DNA of 64,000 nucleotides from Gemmatimonadales bacterium (GCA_037189525.1 JBBCJC010000003.1:535609-599608), one strand, 5' to 3'. Counted from the stretch's first letter, positions 10,258-20,336 are shown. Notes: generated from the sequence alone by a model not told the origin. A program made the numbers and translations.

Positions 10258-11152
10258 GGCCGCGGCCGAAGCGCTGCTCGCCGAAGCCCAGTCGATCGCC
10301 GAGCACCACCTTCTCGACCTTGCCGAGCGGTTACGGCGCGAGGTGCCGGGCTCGCTGGGCCAGGCGCTGCAGTACGCGCTGGGAACCTCGGGCAAGCGGA
10401 TCAGGCCGGCGCTGGTGCTGGCCTGTTACCGTGCGGCGGGAGGCCGGGAGCCCGCGGTTGCGCGGCTTGCGGTTGCGGTCGAGGTGATTCACACCTATTC
10501 GCTGGTCCATGACGATCTGCCGTGCATGGACGACGATGCGCGGCGCCGGGGCCGGCCGACCACGCACGTCATGTTCGATGTCACGACGGCCACTCGGGTC
10601 GGGTACCTCCTGGTTCCCGTGGCCGTCGAGGTGCTCTGCGAAGCTGCCGATGAGCTGCGCCTGTCTGCGGCGACCCGTCAGGCCATTGCCGGGACCTTGC
10701 TGGCGGCGAGCGGGATTCGCGGTATGGTCGGAGGGCAGTGGCTCGACCTCGATGCGGAAGGCCGCTCGCTCGAGGCCGCGGAGCTCACCGCCATCCATGC
10801 GCGGAAGACTGGCGCCTTGATCGAAGCGGCCTGCGTGGTGGGAGGGCTCGCGGCGGGAGCAAACCCCGCGATGCTGGCCGGCCTGGCCGGGTTCGGGCGG
10901 GAAATCGGGCTGGCCTTCCAGGTCGCCGACGACGTCCTCGATGCGACCGCCACGACGGCGCAGCTCGGGAAGACGGCCGGACGGGACGCCTCTCTCGGCA
11001 AATCCACCTATGTCCGCTTTCTCGGTGTCGACGGGGCGCGGACCGAGGCGATCCGGCTGGCTGATGCGGCGGTTCGGTCGCTCGACCAGGCGGGGATCGT
11101 CGAACCATCCCTGCCCAGTCTGGCCCGTTATATTGTGAATCGACAGTCTTGA
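10250..11152 (+). CDS. ispA: Farnesyl/geranylgeranyl diphosphate synthase
   Basis: GKRIRP, YSLVHDDLPCMD, KTGAL, FQVADDVLD, GKTAGRD. Confidence 0.93.
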   Translation: MPEAAAEALLAEAQSIAEHHLLDLAERLRREVPGSLGQALQYALGTSGKRIRPALVLACYRAAGGREPAVARLAVAVEVIHTYSLVHDDLPCMDDDARRRGRPTTHVMFDVTTATRVGYLLVPVAVEVLCEAADELRLSAATRQAIAGTLLAASGIRGMVGGQWLDLDAEGRSLEAAELTAIHARKTGALIEAACVVGGLAAGANPAMLAGLAGFGREIGLAFQVADDVLDATATTAQLGKTAGRDASLGKSTYVRFLGVDGARTEAIRLADAAVRSLDQAGIVEPSLPSLARYIVNRQS

Positions 11153-11162
11153 AGGATTCTGC

Positions 11163-13061
11163 ATGTCGCTTTTATCGACTCTTCGGGGTCCGGCCGACCT
11201 GAAACAGCTCTCGCGCGAGCAGTTACCCGAGCTCGCCGAGGATATCCGCCAGCGTTTGATTCAGGCGTGTTCGGTCACCGGCGGTCACATCGGCGCCAGC
11301 CTGGGGTGCGTCGAGCTGGCCATCGCGCTGCTCTACGAGTTCGACTCGCCCTCCGACAAGGTCGTCTGGGACGTCGGGCATCAGGCGTATGCCTGGAAGT
11401 TGCTCACCGGGCGGGATGCCGGTTTCGAAACGTTGCGCCAGCGCGATGGGATCTCGGGTTTCCTCAAGCGGAATGAAAGCGAGCACGATCAGTTCGGGGC
11501 GGGGCATGCCGGTACCGCGATGTCCGCAGCTTTCGGGATGGCGACGGCGCGGGATCTCCTGGGGCTCGATTACAAGGTCGTCGCCGTCGTTGGTGATGGC
11601 GCCCTGACGTGTGGCCTCTCGTACGAGGGGATGAACAACGCCGGACACTCCGACCGCGACGTCATCCTGATCGTCAACGACAATGGGATGTCGATTTCTC
11701 CCAACGTCGGCGCCATCAGCAAAACACTCGGCCGCATCGTCGCGAGTCCGTTCACAAATCGCCTGCGCGACGTGGTGAAGCACTGGACCTTCAAGGCCGG
11801 GAAGGTCTTCGGCGACGAAGTGGTGGAGTTTGCCAAAAATGTCGAAGAGAGCGCGAAGAATCTCTTCTCCGAAGGGATGTTCTTCGAGGAGTTGGGCTTC
11901 CGCTACTTCGGCCCGATCGACGGCCATGATGTCGGCAAGCTGTGCGACACCTTCCGGTTCGTTCGTTCGCTCTCCGGTCCGCGGGTCATCCACGTCCTGA
12001 CGGAAAAGGGGAAGGGCTTTGTTTATGCCGAGGCCAACAAGGAAAAGTGGCACGGCCTGGCAGCCTACGATCCCGAAACGGGCGATCTCCGCAAAGCGGC
12101 CAGCGGGCCGCCCACCTGGACCCAGGTATTCGGTGAAGCGCTGACGGCGCTGGCCGACGACCATCGCGATTTCGTGGTGATCACCGCGGCAATGCCGTCG
12201 GGAACGGGCACCGGCATCTTTCAGCGGAAATGGCCGGAGCGGTTCTTCGATACCGGCATTGCCGAAGGACACGCCGTCACGTTCGCGGCCGGCATGGCCA
12301 CCCAGGGCGTCCGCCCCGTCTGCGCGATCTACTCGACGTTCCTGCAGCGCGCGTACGACAACATCATTCATGATGTGGCCATCCAGCACCTGCCCGTGAT
12401 GTTCTGCATGGATCGCGCGGGACTGGTCGGCGAAGATGGCCATACGCACATGGGCCTCTATGACATCCCGTACATGCTGGCCGTGCCCGGGATGGTCGTG
12501 ACCGCGCCCAAAGATGCCAATGAACTGATCGGCTTGATCAAGACCGGGCTCCGCTACAACGACGGCCCGTTCTGCACTCGGTATCCGCGGGACAAGGCTC
12601 CCGCCGAGCCGTCGCCGATCGATACCATTCCGGCGGTACCGCTCGGCAGCTGGGAAATGCTGCGCAGCGGGTCCGATGCCGCCATTCTCGCGGTCGGGAC
12701 CATGGTGGCGCCGGCGCTGGATGCCGCCGCTCGCCTCGAAGCCGAGGGGGTCGATGCCGCGGTGGTCAACTGCCGCTTCCTCAAGCCGTACGACCGTGCC
12801 ATGCTCGAGACGATCGTGGCGGGGACCAAGCGGATCATCACGGTGGAAGAGGGCTGCGTCGTCAACGGCTTCGGTGCGTACCTGGCGCGTGAACTGAGTG
12901 AAACCCATCCCGAGGTCCAGGTCATCACGCTCGGCGTGCCCGATCAGCTGATCGATCAGGCGCCGCGGGCCGATCAGTTGGCCTGGTTCGGGCTGACCGG
13001 GCCGCAGATTGCCGAGCGCGTCCTGGCGCTCAAGCACGAGTCCAGCTTCGAGGCTCGATGA
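11163..13061 (+). CDS. dxs: 1-deoxy-D-xylulose-5-phosphate synthase
   Basis: WDVGHQAY, GDGALT..NDN TPP motif, YSTFLQRAYD, DRAGLVGEDG. Confidence 0.97.
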   Translation: MSLLSTLRGPADLKQLSREQLPELAEDIRQRLIQACSVTGGHIGASLGCVELAIALLYEFDSPSDKVVWDVGHQAYAWKLLTGRDAGFETLRQRDGISGFLKRNESEHDQFGAGHAGTAMSAAFGMATARDLLGLDYKVVAVVGDGALTCGLSYEGMNNAGHSDRDVILIVNDNGMSISPNVGAISKTLGRIVASPFTNRLRDVVKHWTFKAGKVFGDEVVEFAKNVEESAKNLFSEGMFFEELGFRYFGPIDGHDVGKLCDTFRFVRSLSGPRVIHVLTEKGKGFVYAEANKEKWHGLAAYDPETGDLRKAASGPPTWTQVFGEALTALADDHRDFVVITAAMPSGTGTGIFQRKWPERFFDTGIAEGHAVTFAAGMATQGVRPVCAIYSTFLQRAYDNIIHDVAIQHLPVMFCMDRAGLVGEDGHTHMGLYDIPYMLAVPGMVVTAPKDANELIGLIKTGLRYNDGPFCTRYPRDKAPAEPSPIDTIPAVPLGSWEMLRSGSDAAILAVGTMVAPALDAAARLEAEGVDAAVVNCRFLKPYDRAMLETIVAGTKRIITVEEGCVVNGFGAYLARELSETHPEVQVITLGVPDQLIDQAPRADQLAWFGLTGPQIAERVLALKHESSFEAR

Positions 13062-13927
13062 ACGTCGGCGTCATCGGCAATCCTCGTTATCGTGGCCTCT
13101 CCGCCATCCTTGCGGGGCTTGCCGATCGCGCCGAGTCGCTCGGCATCGCCTTCCAGACGGAGCCGGAACTGGCCTCGCTGTGGGGGCGGCCGATCCCGCT
13201 GATCGATACCAGCACCCTCGACGCAATGCTGACTCTGGGCGGCGACGGCACCCTGTTGCGGGGCGCCCGCTCGCTGGCCGGCCGGCCGGTCCCGCTCCTG
13301 GGTGTCAACCTGGGGCGAGTCGGGTTTCTGACTGCCTGCACCCGGAGTGATCTCGATCAGGCCGTGACCCAACTGGCCTCGGGTGAGTACGAGGTCGAAC
13401 ATCGCCTGGCGCTCAATACCGAGATCGTCGGCAAGGGCGGTTCGCGCTTCACGCTGCCTCAGGCGCTCAACGATGTCTGCGTCCACAAGGCCGGTGTGGC
13501 GCGGATGATCCAGCTCGCGGTCACCGTCGACGATCAGGAAGTCGGACCGTACAGCGCCGACGGCCTCATCATCGCCACGCCGACCGGGTCGACCGCCTAT
13601 TCGCTGTCGGCCGGGGGGCCGATCATCGCGCCCAGTGTTCGGGCTGTGGTCATCACACCCATCTGCGCCCATACGCTCGCCGTGCGCCCGCTCGTAATCC
13701 ATGCCAGTTCCCGGATCGGTATCGTCCCGTTCCAGGGCTCTGCCGGCGACCTGTTGATTTCGATCGACGGGCAGCAGGCCATGTCACTCGGTCCCGACGA
13801 TGTGGTCGAGATCGTCCGGAGCCCCGAGTTCGTACACTTGGTGCGCTTGGGCCCCCGCGCCTACTTCAGCCGACTGAGAGAGAGCCTCCGCTGGGGCGAT
13901 CTCGCGGAGCGCGACGGACGGCAATGA
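13058..13927 (+). CDS. nadK: NAD kinase
   Basis: LGGDGT, GVNLGRVGFL, ALND, DGLIIATPTGSTAYSLSAGGP. Confidence 0.96.
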   Translation: MNVGVIGNPRYRGLSAILAGLADRAESLGIAFQTEPELASLWGRPIPLIDTSTLDAMLTLGGDGTLLRGARSLAGRPVPLLGVNLGRVGFLTACTRSDLDQAVTQLASGEYEVEHRLALNTEIVGKGGSRFTLPQALNDVCVHKAGVARMIQLAVTVDDQEVGPYSADGLIIATPTGSTAYSLSAGGPIIAPSVRAVVITPICAHTLAVRPLVIHASSRIGIVPFQGSAGDLLISIDGQQAMSLGPDDVVEIVRSPEFVHLVRLGPRAYFSRLRESLRWGDLAERDGRQ

Positions 13928-15591
13928 TCACCGAGCTCCGCGTTCGCGATCTGGTCACCATCGCCGACGCCACTTTGCAGCTCGGGCCCGGTCTCAACGT
14001 CCTGACGGGCGAAACGGGGGCCGGCAAATCGATGCTGGTCGACGCCCTGGCCCTTCTCCTGGGCGGTCGCGCCGAGAGTGGAGCGGTCCGGCCGGGTGCC
14101 GCGAAAGCCATCGTCGAGGCGGTCTTTGAGCCGCTGCCCAAAGGGGTCGATCGGGTTCTCGAATCGCTCGGCCTGGACCCGGTCGACGATCGGCTCGTCA
14201 TCCGGCGGGACGTCTCGACCGAAGGCCGGTCTCGCGCCTGGGTCAACGGCAGTCCGACCACCATCGCCGCGCTCGAGCAGATCGGTGGATGGCTGGTCGA
14301 CCTCCACGGCCAGCACCAGAGCCAATCCCTTCGCCATCCCGATGCGCAGCGGCACCTGCTCGACGCCTATGCCGGCGCGCGGGCCGATGCGCTGGCGGTC
14401 GCGGCGGCGCACCGCGCGCTGGTCGAACTGGCTCGCGACGAGTCCGACCTGGTCGAACGGCGTGACGCCGCCCTCAAGCGGGCCGACTATCTCCGCCATG
14501 TCGTTGCCGAAATCGATGCCGCCAAGCTGACCGCGGGCGAGGAGGATCGGCTCGATCAGGACATCACCCGGCTGACCCATGCCGAGGAGATGCGCGAGCT
14601 GAGCGACCGGATCGGCGCGGCGGTCGACGATGATGACGATGGCGTCCTCAAGGCGCTCCACGACGCCGAACGCGCCCTGACTCGGCTCGAGCGACTCGAC
14701 GGCGCGGTGGGCGAATGGCGGAGCTGTCTCGACGGCGCCTACGCATCGCTCGAAGAACTGGCCCGCCTGGCTCGCGACTACGCGCGCGGAATCGAAGACG
14801 ATCCGCGGCGGTTACGCGAGCTGGAGGCCCGCCGCGATGTGCTCGATCGGTTGGCGCGCAAGCACGGGGCAACGGTTGCTGCGATCCTGGAGACCCGGGC
14901 CCAGGCCGCCGCCGAACTCGATCTGGTCGACCGGGCCGAGTTCGACCTCGCCGCGCTGGCCGCGCGCCGGCAGGCCGCGGAGGAGGCGCTCCAGAGCGCG
15001 GCACGCGGCCTGAGCGATCGTCGCCGGGTGGCGGGCGATCGGCTGGCCCGCGCGGTCAATCGCCAGCTTCCCAAGCTGGGACTGCCCGGTGGTCGCTTCG
15101 AAGTCGGCCTGATTCCGTTGGATCCGATCGGTCCGCACGGAGCGGATCAGGTCCAGTTCACCGCGCAACTCAATCTGGGGTTGGAAGCGCGCCCGGTGCA
15201 TCGGGCGGCCTCCGGTGGGGAACTTTCCCGGCTCTTGCTGGCGCTGACCGTAGCGCTTGCCAGGCAGGACGGGGTGCCGACGCTGGTGTTCGACGAAATC
15301 GATCAGGGCGTCGGCGGCGAGGTCGGTCCCCAGCTCGGTACGGCGCTGGCGGAGGTTGCGGCCCGGCACCAGGTGCTGGTGATCACTCACCTGCCTACCG
15401 TGGCGGCGCGGGCCGATCGTCACGTCGTGGTCAGCAAGCGGGCCAAGGGAGGCATTGCCACCAGTGATGTGGAGGTGCTCCACGGCGAAGATCGCATCAC
15501 CGAGATTGCCCGGATGCTGGGTGACGCCGACGGCGACTCGGCCCGGCGCCACGCCATGACACTGCTGGGGCAGGCCCCGGTCCGGCGCTAG
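13924..15591 (+). CDS. recN: DNA repair protein RecN
   Basis: TGETGAGKS Walker A, HGQH, ASGGELSR, FDEIDQGVGG, ITHLP. Confidence 0.97.
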   Translation: MITELRVRDLVTIADATLQLGPGLNVLTGETGAGKSMLVDALALLLGGRAESGAVRPGAAKAIVEAVFEPLPKGVDRVLESLGLDPVDDRLVIRRDVSTEGRSRAWVNGSPTTIAALEQIGGWLVDLHGQHQSQSLRHPDAQRHLLDAYAGARADALAVAAAHRALVELARDESDLVERRDAALKRADYLRHVVAEIDAAKLTAGEEDRLDQDITRLTHAEEMRELSDRIGAAVDDDDDGVLKALHDAERALTRLERLDGAVGEWRSCLDGAYASLEELARLARDYARGIEDDPRRLRELEARRDVLDRLARKHGATVAAILETRAQAAAELDLVDRAEFDLAALAARRQAAEEALQSAARGLSDRRRVAGDRLARAVNRQLPKLGLPGGRFEVGLIPLDPIGPHGADQVQFTAQLNLGLEARPVHRAASGGELSRLLLALTVALARQDGVPTLVFDEIDQGVGGEVGPQLGTALAEVAARHQVLVITHLPTVAARADRHVVVSKRAKGGIATSDVEVLHGEDRITEIARMLGDADGDSARRHAMTLLGQAPVRR

Positions 15592-17210
15592 CGGGCCGGC
15601 GCGCCGTTCTGCTCGCCGAAGAGGCGGGTGTAGAATCGCAGGTCGATCCGGACCAGGTGCGCGTCCGGGAGAATGCCCGTTTGGCTCCGGACGATGCGCT
15701 GATACCGGAAGCTGGCATCCATGGGGAGCTTCCGGCGACCGAGTTTGTCGACGCCGGAATGGGTGTAGGTCAATCCCGCATTGACGGTCATGAAGGTCGA
15801 CTTGCTGCCATCCGCCAGCACCGCCAGGTCGACGCCCTCGACTTCAGGCTGGCCAGCGACGTAACTGTACTGATCGACGCCTCGAGACCAGTAGTCCACT
15901 CCCGCATAGAACATCAGATAGGGCGCCAGACGAAAAAACGGCTGCGCGGACAGGCGGACGACGTCGCCCGGGTCGCGACGGACGCCGGCCAGCGACGTGG
16001 CCGGCGCGATTGGCTGCTCTCGCGGAGTGACGCGCCGGTTCTGGTTGCCGGGCAACTGGAGGTTGTAGCCACCGGTGAGCCGCGCACCAAGCCGGCCCAG
16101 GCTCAGATCCGTCACCAGGGAAATCTCGACGTCGGGCTGGCGATCTCCCGTGCCGACATCGAAGAGCCGGTCCGGCTGGTCGAGCTGCGCGGTGCGAAGT
16201 CGGACCGTGCCGTCCAATACCGTCCGGATGCCGCTGCCGAACGTCGAGGCCGGATAGCGGTCGATCAATCCGATCGAGGCGCCGACCTCGACATCACCGA
16301 GATAGGAGTAGACCGGGGTATCGATCCGACCGGTGCGAATCGATCCATCCGGGTTGGTCAGGTATTCCTCGAAGCCTGCGTAGCCGAGTCGTGAGCCGGG
16401 AAGGGCAGGCTGGCCGGTGGCGCCGGTGACTCCCACGGCCGCCAGGTCGCTCCGCAGGGTTGCCACGAGCTGGAGTAATGCCACGCCGGCCGCCGACGTC
16501 CGGGTCGGGGCAAAATCCGCCGTGGGACTTTGCAGCAACGCGGTCAGGTCGGCCTGCTTGGCCTGGACCCTGGCGGCCGTCTCGATGGCGCGCTGCTTGA
16601 GCGCGGGGTCGCTGTCGTAGTCGCCCGCGGCAATCCGGCCGTTGAGGACGGCCAGCGCGGAGTTCAACTCGATGAAGAACGATTGGGTTGCGGCGCGTCC
16701 GGCGGCGTCGCCGTAGACCGGGCTGGCCGGGTTGAACGCGGCGTTGGCGCCGGAGGAATCTATCACGACGCGAGGCTCCGCATCGACGGCGACGATCGGC
16801 ACCCAGCCGCGAACCGTCAGCCAGCGCGTCAGGCCCAGCGCGCCGCCGATCCCGAAGGTGTTGCGCCCCACGATCTGAGAGGCAACTGCCCGCCCGACCG
16901 ACAGGTTGAGCGCCTCGATGCCGGTGGCTCGGCGCAGCGCGTCTTCACTCGCGCCGAGTGTCGGCAGGAACCGCCGATCGAGGGGCGCATTGAAATCGGC
17001 AACCGCTTCTTCGCGCCCGCCGTTGTTCCAGCGCCAGTCCCAATTCTCGAACTCTGCCGAGAGAGTCCATTGGATTCGACCCTTGGGTACCAAGAGCGGC
17101 AACCCCGGCGCCGAGAGCGGTGCCGGTACCTGGGCCACTGCCAAGGAGGGGATGAGGTGGCTGAGGACGAGGCCGACGGTCAGCAGCGAGGCGCGGAGCA
17201 TAGCGGGCAT
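15588..17210 (-). CDS. Secreted hypothetical protein, probable outer-membrane beta-barrel
   Basis: Signal peptide (MPAMLRASLL...SLAVA-Q), amphipathic strands with aromatic residues, C-terminal DLRFYTRLF. The upstream part of ORF 15588..17771 overlaps the tRNA and is discounted. Confidence 0.7.
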   Translation of the reverse strand: MPAMLRASLLTVGLVLSHLIPSLAVAQVPAPLSAPGLPLLVPKGRIQWTLSAEFENWDWRWNNGGREEAVADFNAPLDRRFLPTLGASEDALRRATGIEALNLSVGRAVASQIVGRNTFGIGGALGLTRWLTVRGWVPIVAVDAEPRVVIDSSGANAAFNPASPVYGDAAGRAATQSFFIELNSALAVLNGRIAAGDYDSDPALKQRAIETAARVQAKQADLTALLQSPTADFAPTRTSAAGVALLQLVATLRSDLAAVGVTGATGQPALPGSRLGYAGFEEYLTNPDGSIRTGRIDTPVYSYLGDVEVGASIGLIDRYPASTFGSGIRTVLDGTVRLRTAQLDQPDRLFDVGTGDRQPDVEISLVTDLSLGRLGARLTGGYNLQLPGNQNRRVTPREQPIAPATSLAGVRRDPGDVVRLSAQPFFRLAPYLMFYAGVDYWSRGVDQYSYVAGQPEVEGVDLAVLADGSKSTFMTVNAGLTYTHSGVDKLGRRKLPMDASFRYQRIVRSQTGILPDAHLVRIDLRFYTRLFGEQNGAPAR

Positions 17211-17285
17211 TGAGGGGGAAAATGCCCGGCTCGGGCGTCGGATGCCAGGGGATCGTGCGCCTGCGTGAGGCGCGATGACCGAGAG

Positions 17286-17369
17286 TGCTCGGGGCGGGAC
17301 TCGAACCCGCATGGGGTTGCCCCCGAGGGATTTTAAGTCCCTTGTGTCTACCGGTTTCACCACCCGAGC
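17286..17369 (-). tRNA. tRNA-Leu (anticodon UAA), CCA not encoded
   Basis: Reverse complement GCTCGGG TG GTGAAACCGGTAGACAC A AGGGA CTTAAAA TCCCT ...long variable arm... GCGGG TTCGAGT CCCGC CCCGAGC A. Confidence 0.96.
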
Positions 17370-17653
17370 GGGAGTCGTGACACGTGGTGAAGATAGTCGC
17401 CGCTCGGACCCGTGGCGAATCCGGTGCAACGAAGGCGGCGTGGTCCCTGTCCAATGCGCAGCGCCACCTGCGAAGACTGCGGATTCCCCGGCCCGATTGC
17501 TAAGGAGGGCCGCCGGAGCGTGCCGATGGCCCGAAGTGTGCTTGGTACCCTGATGTATGCCCGGGAAGCTGCCGGTGTCAGGCGCAGTTGCGACGCGATA
17601 GGCGGGTAGTTTGGGCCGCCGCCGAAATCCGTTTCGGTTTTTCGCTACCGCTC

Positions 17654-17681
17654 TTGACAATATTTGTATACATTGTATGTG
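17654..17681 (+). promoter_or_regulatory. AT-rich promoter with palindromic operator-like site
   Basis: Perfect TTGACA (17654-17659); TGTATACA palindrome (17665-17672) inside ACAATATTTGTATACATTGT. Confidence 0.5.
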
Positions 17682-17837
17682 CAGGGTTTGGCCAGAGGTT
17701 CGTGTTAACTGGGCAGGTAGGTCAGGTGAGGCCGTCTCGTGACTACGCGGGGGCCTTGCCCGGGGCATCATGCCAGGTCCGGCATGTGCGCACCGGGTCG
17801 TACGGGGACCGTTCTCCTTCGGAGGCTCGAAACTGGT

Positions 17838-18056
17838 ATGGCAAAGGCTGCAAAGAAGAACCCGAAGTTCGTCGCACTGGGTCGTAAGGGTGGTAAGGCC
17901 ACGGCCAAGACGCGTAAAAAGTCAGAATGGGCGCGCCTGGGCCGGCTCGGTGGTTTGGCCACGGCAAAGACCCGCACCAAGGCGCAGCGGTCCGCGTCGG
18001 CTCGGAAGGCCGCGTTGGCCCGGCACGCCAAGGCACGCGCCAAGAAGCGGTCGTAA
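17838..18056 (+). CDS. Small, very basic protein with two KGG-like repeats (histone-H1-like or nucleic-acid binding)
   Basis: GGAGG at 17821-17825; 72 aa; LGRKGGKATAKTR and LGRLGGLATAKTR repeats; followed by a hairpin. Confidence 0.8.
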   Translation: MAKAAKKNPKFVALGRKGGKATAKTRKKSEWARLGRLGGLATAKTRTKAQRSASARKAALARHAKARAKKRS

Positions 18057-18065
18057 GGTAGAGAG

Positions 18066-18120
18066 CGCCGAAGGTAACTTTCGCCCCTTGGCATCACGTT
18101 CCAAGGGGCGGAAGGCGCTA
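18066..18120 (+). terminator. Hairpin between convergent genes
   Basis: TTCGCCCCTTGG/CCAAGGGGCGGA stem, flanked by AGCGCC/GGCGCT. Confidence 0.45.
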
Positions 18121-18224
18121 CTTGTCCGAGTCGTCTTCGGACGAGTTGACGTAGTCTTTTTTCCCGATTGTTCCCGCCGAAATTTCAGTTGAACCAGGGG
18201 AGTGCCCGGTTGCGTGGGGAGATG

Positions 18225-20336
18225 CTACGGCGTCCAGCCTGCGCGTAGTCCGGCGTACATTCTCCGACCGTAGATGCCGACCCAGTTGGTCGGGCGCTGG
18301 TCGAGCACGTTGTCGACGCCGAGCACGATGCCCAGTCGCTCGGTGAGATCGACACGTCCCTGTACGTCCCCCGATACGAACGTGCCCTGCTCAGCGCGCG
18401 CGCCATCGAGCTGGCGGAAGGGCGCCGTTCCGGTAATGGCCACCGTCGCCGCCAATCCCATCCGATTGTTCGGGGTGTTCCACGCTCCGCGCACCCGGCC
18501 GCTGTGTCGGGCCCGGCGGGTCAGCGGTTCGCCGGTCGATCGATCTTCCGTGTCGAGGAAGTTGTAGCCGATGGTGAGGTCGGTGGTGCGCCGGGTCCAG
18601 CGCAGGCCGAGTTCCACGCCCTGGGTGATCGCCCGGGACACGTTGCGCGCCGAGTAGCGGATCAGTCCGCTCGGAGCATCGAACCCGAAGTCCGCGAGTT
18701 CGATCAGATCGCGCAGATTGTTGTGATAGGCCTCGGCGTCGAGGGAGACTCCGCCGCCCACTGCCCAGGTAACGCCCCCGGACACCTGCCAGGATCGCTC
18801 GGGTCTGAGGTCCGGGTTGCCGCTCAGGATGTATCCCGCCGTCGGATTCGGAAAATCCCAGAGCAGTTCCTTGAAGCTCGGACCGCGGTACCCTCGGCCC
18901 ACGCCCCCGCGAATCCGGAGCCGATCCGATGCGGTCCATGCCGCGGCCAGGTTTGGCGTGACGGCTTCACCCCACCGTGAGTTCCAGCTGAGCCGCGCGG
19001 CGGGCGTGATGAGCAGGTCGCCCTTGGTGATCCCCATCTGGAGATAGCCCTCTGCCATGTCGTCGGAGACGATGCCGGCCACCTTGCCGGGCGATTCGAT
19101 GGCCCGATGGCTCAGGTCCAGGCCGGCATCCCAGGTCTGCCCGCCAAGCAGGCCAGACCATCCCAGCGAGGCCTTGGCCATCCACTCAGACTGCGACGGC
19201 GTAGTGTCGATTGCCAGCGGGCGCGGCGCGCGGGCCTGGCGGAAGAGATGCTCGTACCGTTCGAGGTACAGACGGGAACGGGCGGTGCTCTGGCCCCGCT
19301 GCCAACGGAGCTCGGCCCATCCGGCTGCGCCGGTATTGTCGTTGAAGCCGTTGAAGCCGTCAGAGGAGACGCGCCAGCGCTGCCGCTCTCGCAGCACATT
19401 GACGTCGGTCCTGATGGCCAGGGTCGGGGTGGCGGCAATCCGCCCGGTCGCGCGCATATCCCACACCCGGCTCAGCGCCTCGTCGGACCACGAGGAGCTG
19501 GCGACTCGGGCCTGCTCACGCCAGGCGCCGGTGATTCGGAAGCTGACCGGCCCGCCGGCCTGAGCCGTAAGCTGTGCATCCCGTCGGCCCATGCTGCCCA
19601 CGTGGACGCGGCCGTCGAGCGCGAGCGGTCCGTCGGGATCACGCGTGATGATGTTGACGACCCCGCCCAGCGCGTCCGAGCCGTACAGGGAGGACATCGG
19701 TCCTTTGACCACTTCGATGTGGTCGGCCGCCACCGTCGAGATCCGGCTCAGGTCCCGGTTCTCGAGCATGGCTCCGACCGTCGGCTCGCCGTCGATCAGC
19801 ACCAGTACGCGCGCGCCGTCGATGCCGCGGATCGCCAGGTTCGCACCGGTCGGGGCATTGGGGAGGATGGCCAGCCCCGGCACCGTCGCGATGACCTGAT
19901 CGAGGGATGCGGCGGCGGCGCCTTCGATCTCGGCAGCCGCAATGCGGGTGACCGCAATGGCCGACTCGCCGGCCCGTTGCGCCCGCCGGCTCGCGGTCAC
20001 CACCAGGTCTGCCAGCATGGTAGGCGCGCCGGTCAGACCGATACGAAGCACGGTGTCGCCCGGGGTCACCACATGGAACCCGGCCCGATAGCCGCCGGCA
20101 CGCACCACCAGGGTGTCTCCCGGCGCCGCCGCGATGGTGAACCGGCCGTCGCCGCCCGACTCGGTGCGATGGCTCCCGGGACGAATGGCGACCCGGACGC
20201 CGGCCAGCGCGCTGCCGGACTCGGCGTCGACCACGATGCCGCGAACCTGGCGGAGCGGGGGCCCCTGTTGCGCCGCCACTCCGGCCGGGAGCAGCGCGAT
20301 CAGAAGACCCAGACCGAGTCGATCGATGCGATTCAT
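18225..20336 (-). CDS. TonB-dependent receptor (probable heme or metal-chelate uptake)
   Basis: Signal peptide MNRIDRL..., carboxypeptidase-regulatory-like N-domain, VVTASR, plug motif IEVVKGPMSSLYGSDALGGVVNIIT, GNPDLRPE, VDNVLD, terminal aromatic strand; ATGA overlap with the upstream gene. Confidence 0.93.
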   Translation of the reverse strand: MNRIDRLGLGLLIALLPAGVAAQQGPPLRQVRGIVVDAESGSALAGVRVAIRPGSHRTESGGDGRFTIAAAPGDTLVVRAGGYRAGFHVVTPGDTVLRIGLTGAPTMLADLVVTASRRAQRAGESAIAVTRIAAAEIEGAAAASLDQVIATVPGLAILPNAPTGANLAIRGIDGARVLVLIDGEPTVGAMLENRDLSRISTVAADHIEVVKGPMSSLYGSDALGGVVNIITRDPDGPLALDGRVHVGSMGRRDAQLTAQAGGPVSFRITGAWREQARVASSSWSDEALSRVWDMRATGRIAATPTLAIRTDVNVLRERQRWRVSSDGFNGFNDNTGAAGWAELRWQRGQSTARSRLYLERYEHLFRQARAPRPLAIDTTPSQSEWMAKASLGWSGLLGGQTWDAGLDLSHRAIESPGKVAGIVSDDMAEGYLQMGITKGDLLITPAARLSWNSRWGEAVTPNLAAAWTASDRLRIRGGVGRGYRGPSFKELLWDFPNPTAGYILSGNPDLRPERSWQVSGGVTWAVGGGVSLDAEAYHNNLRDLIELADFGFDAPSGLIRYSARNVSRAITQGVELGLRWTRRTTDLTIGYNFLDTEDRSTGEPLTRRARHSGRVRGAWNTPNNRMGLAATVAITGTAPFRQLDGARAEQGTFVSGDVQGRVDLTERLGIVLGVDNVLDQRPTNWVGIYGRRMYAGLRAGWTP

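Noticed and set aside
17286-17369. tRNA-Leu as an integration site for a genomic island
   Set aside because: No integrase and no duplicated tRNA 3' end noticed in the window.
17286-17369. bldA-like regulation through rare TTA codons
   Set aside because: TTA occurs in core genes here (for example codon 4 of dxs and codon 3 of rseP), so the tRNA is probably constitutive.
17412-17609. 65-aa ORF with a CxxC motif
   Set aside because: No SD, no second Cys pair, and it overlaps the tRNA promoter region; probably spurious.
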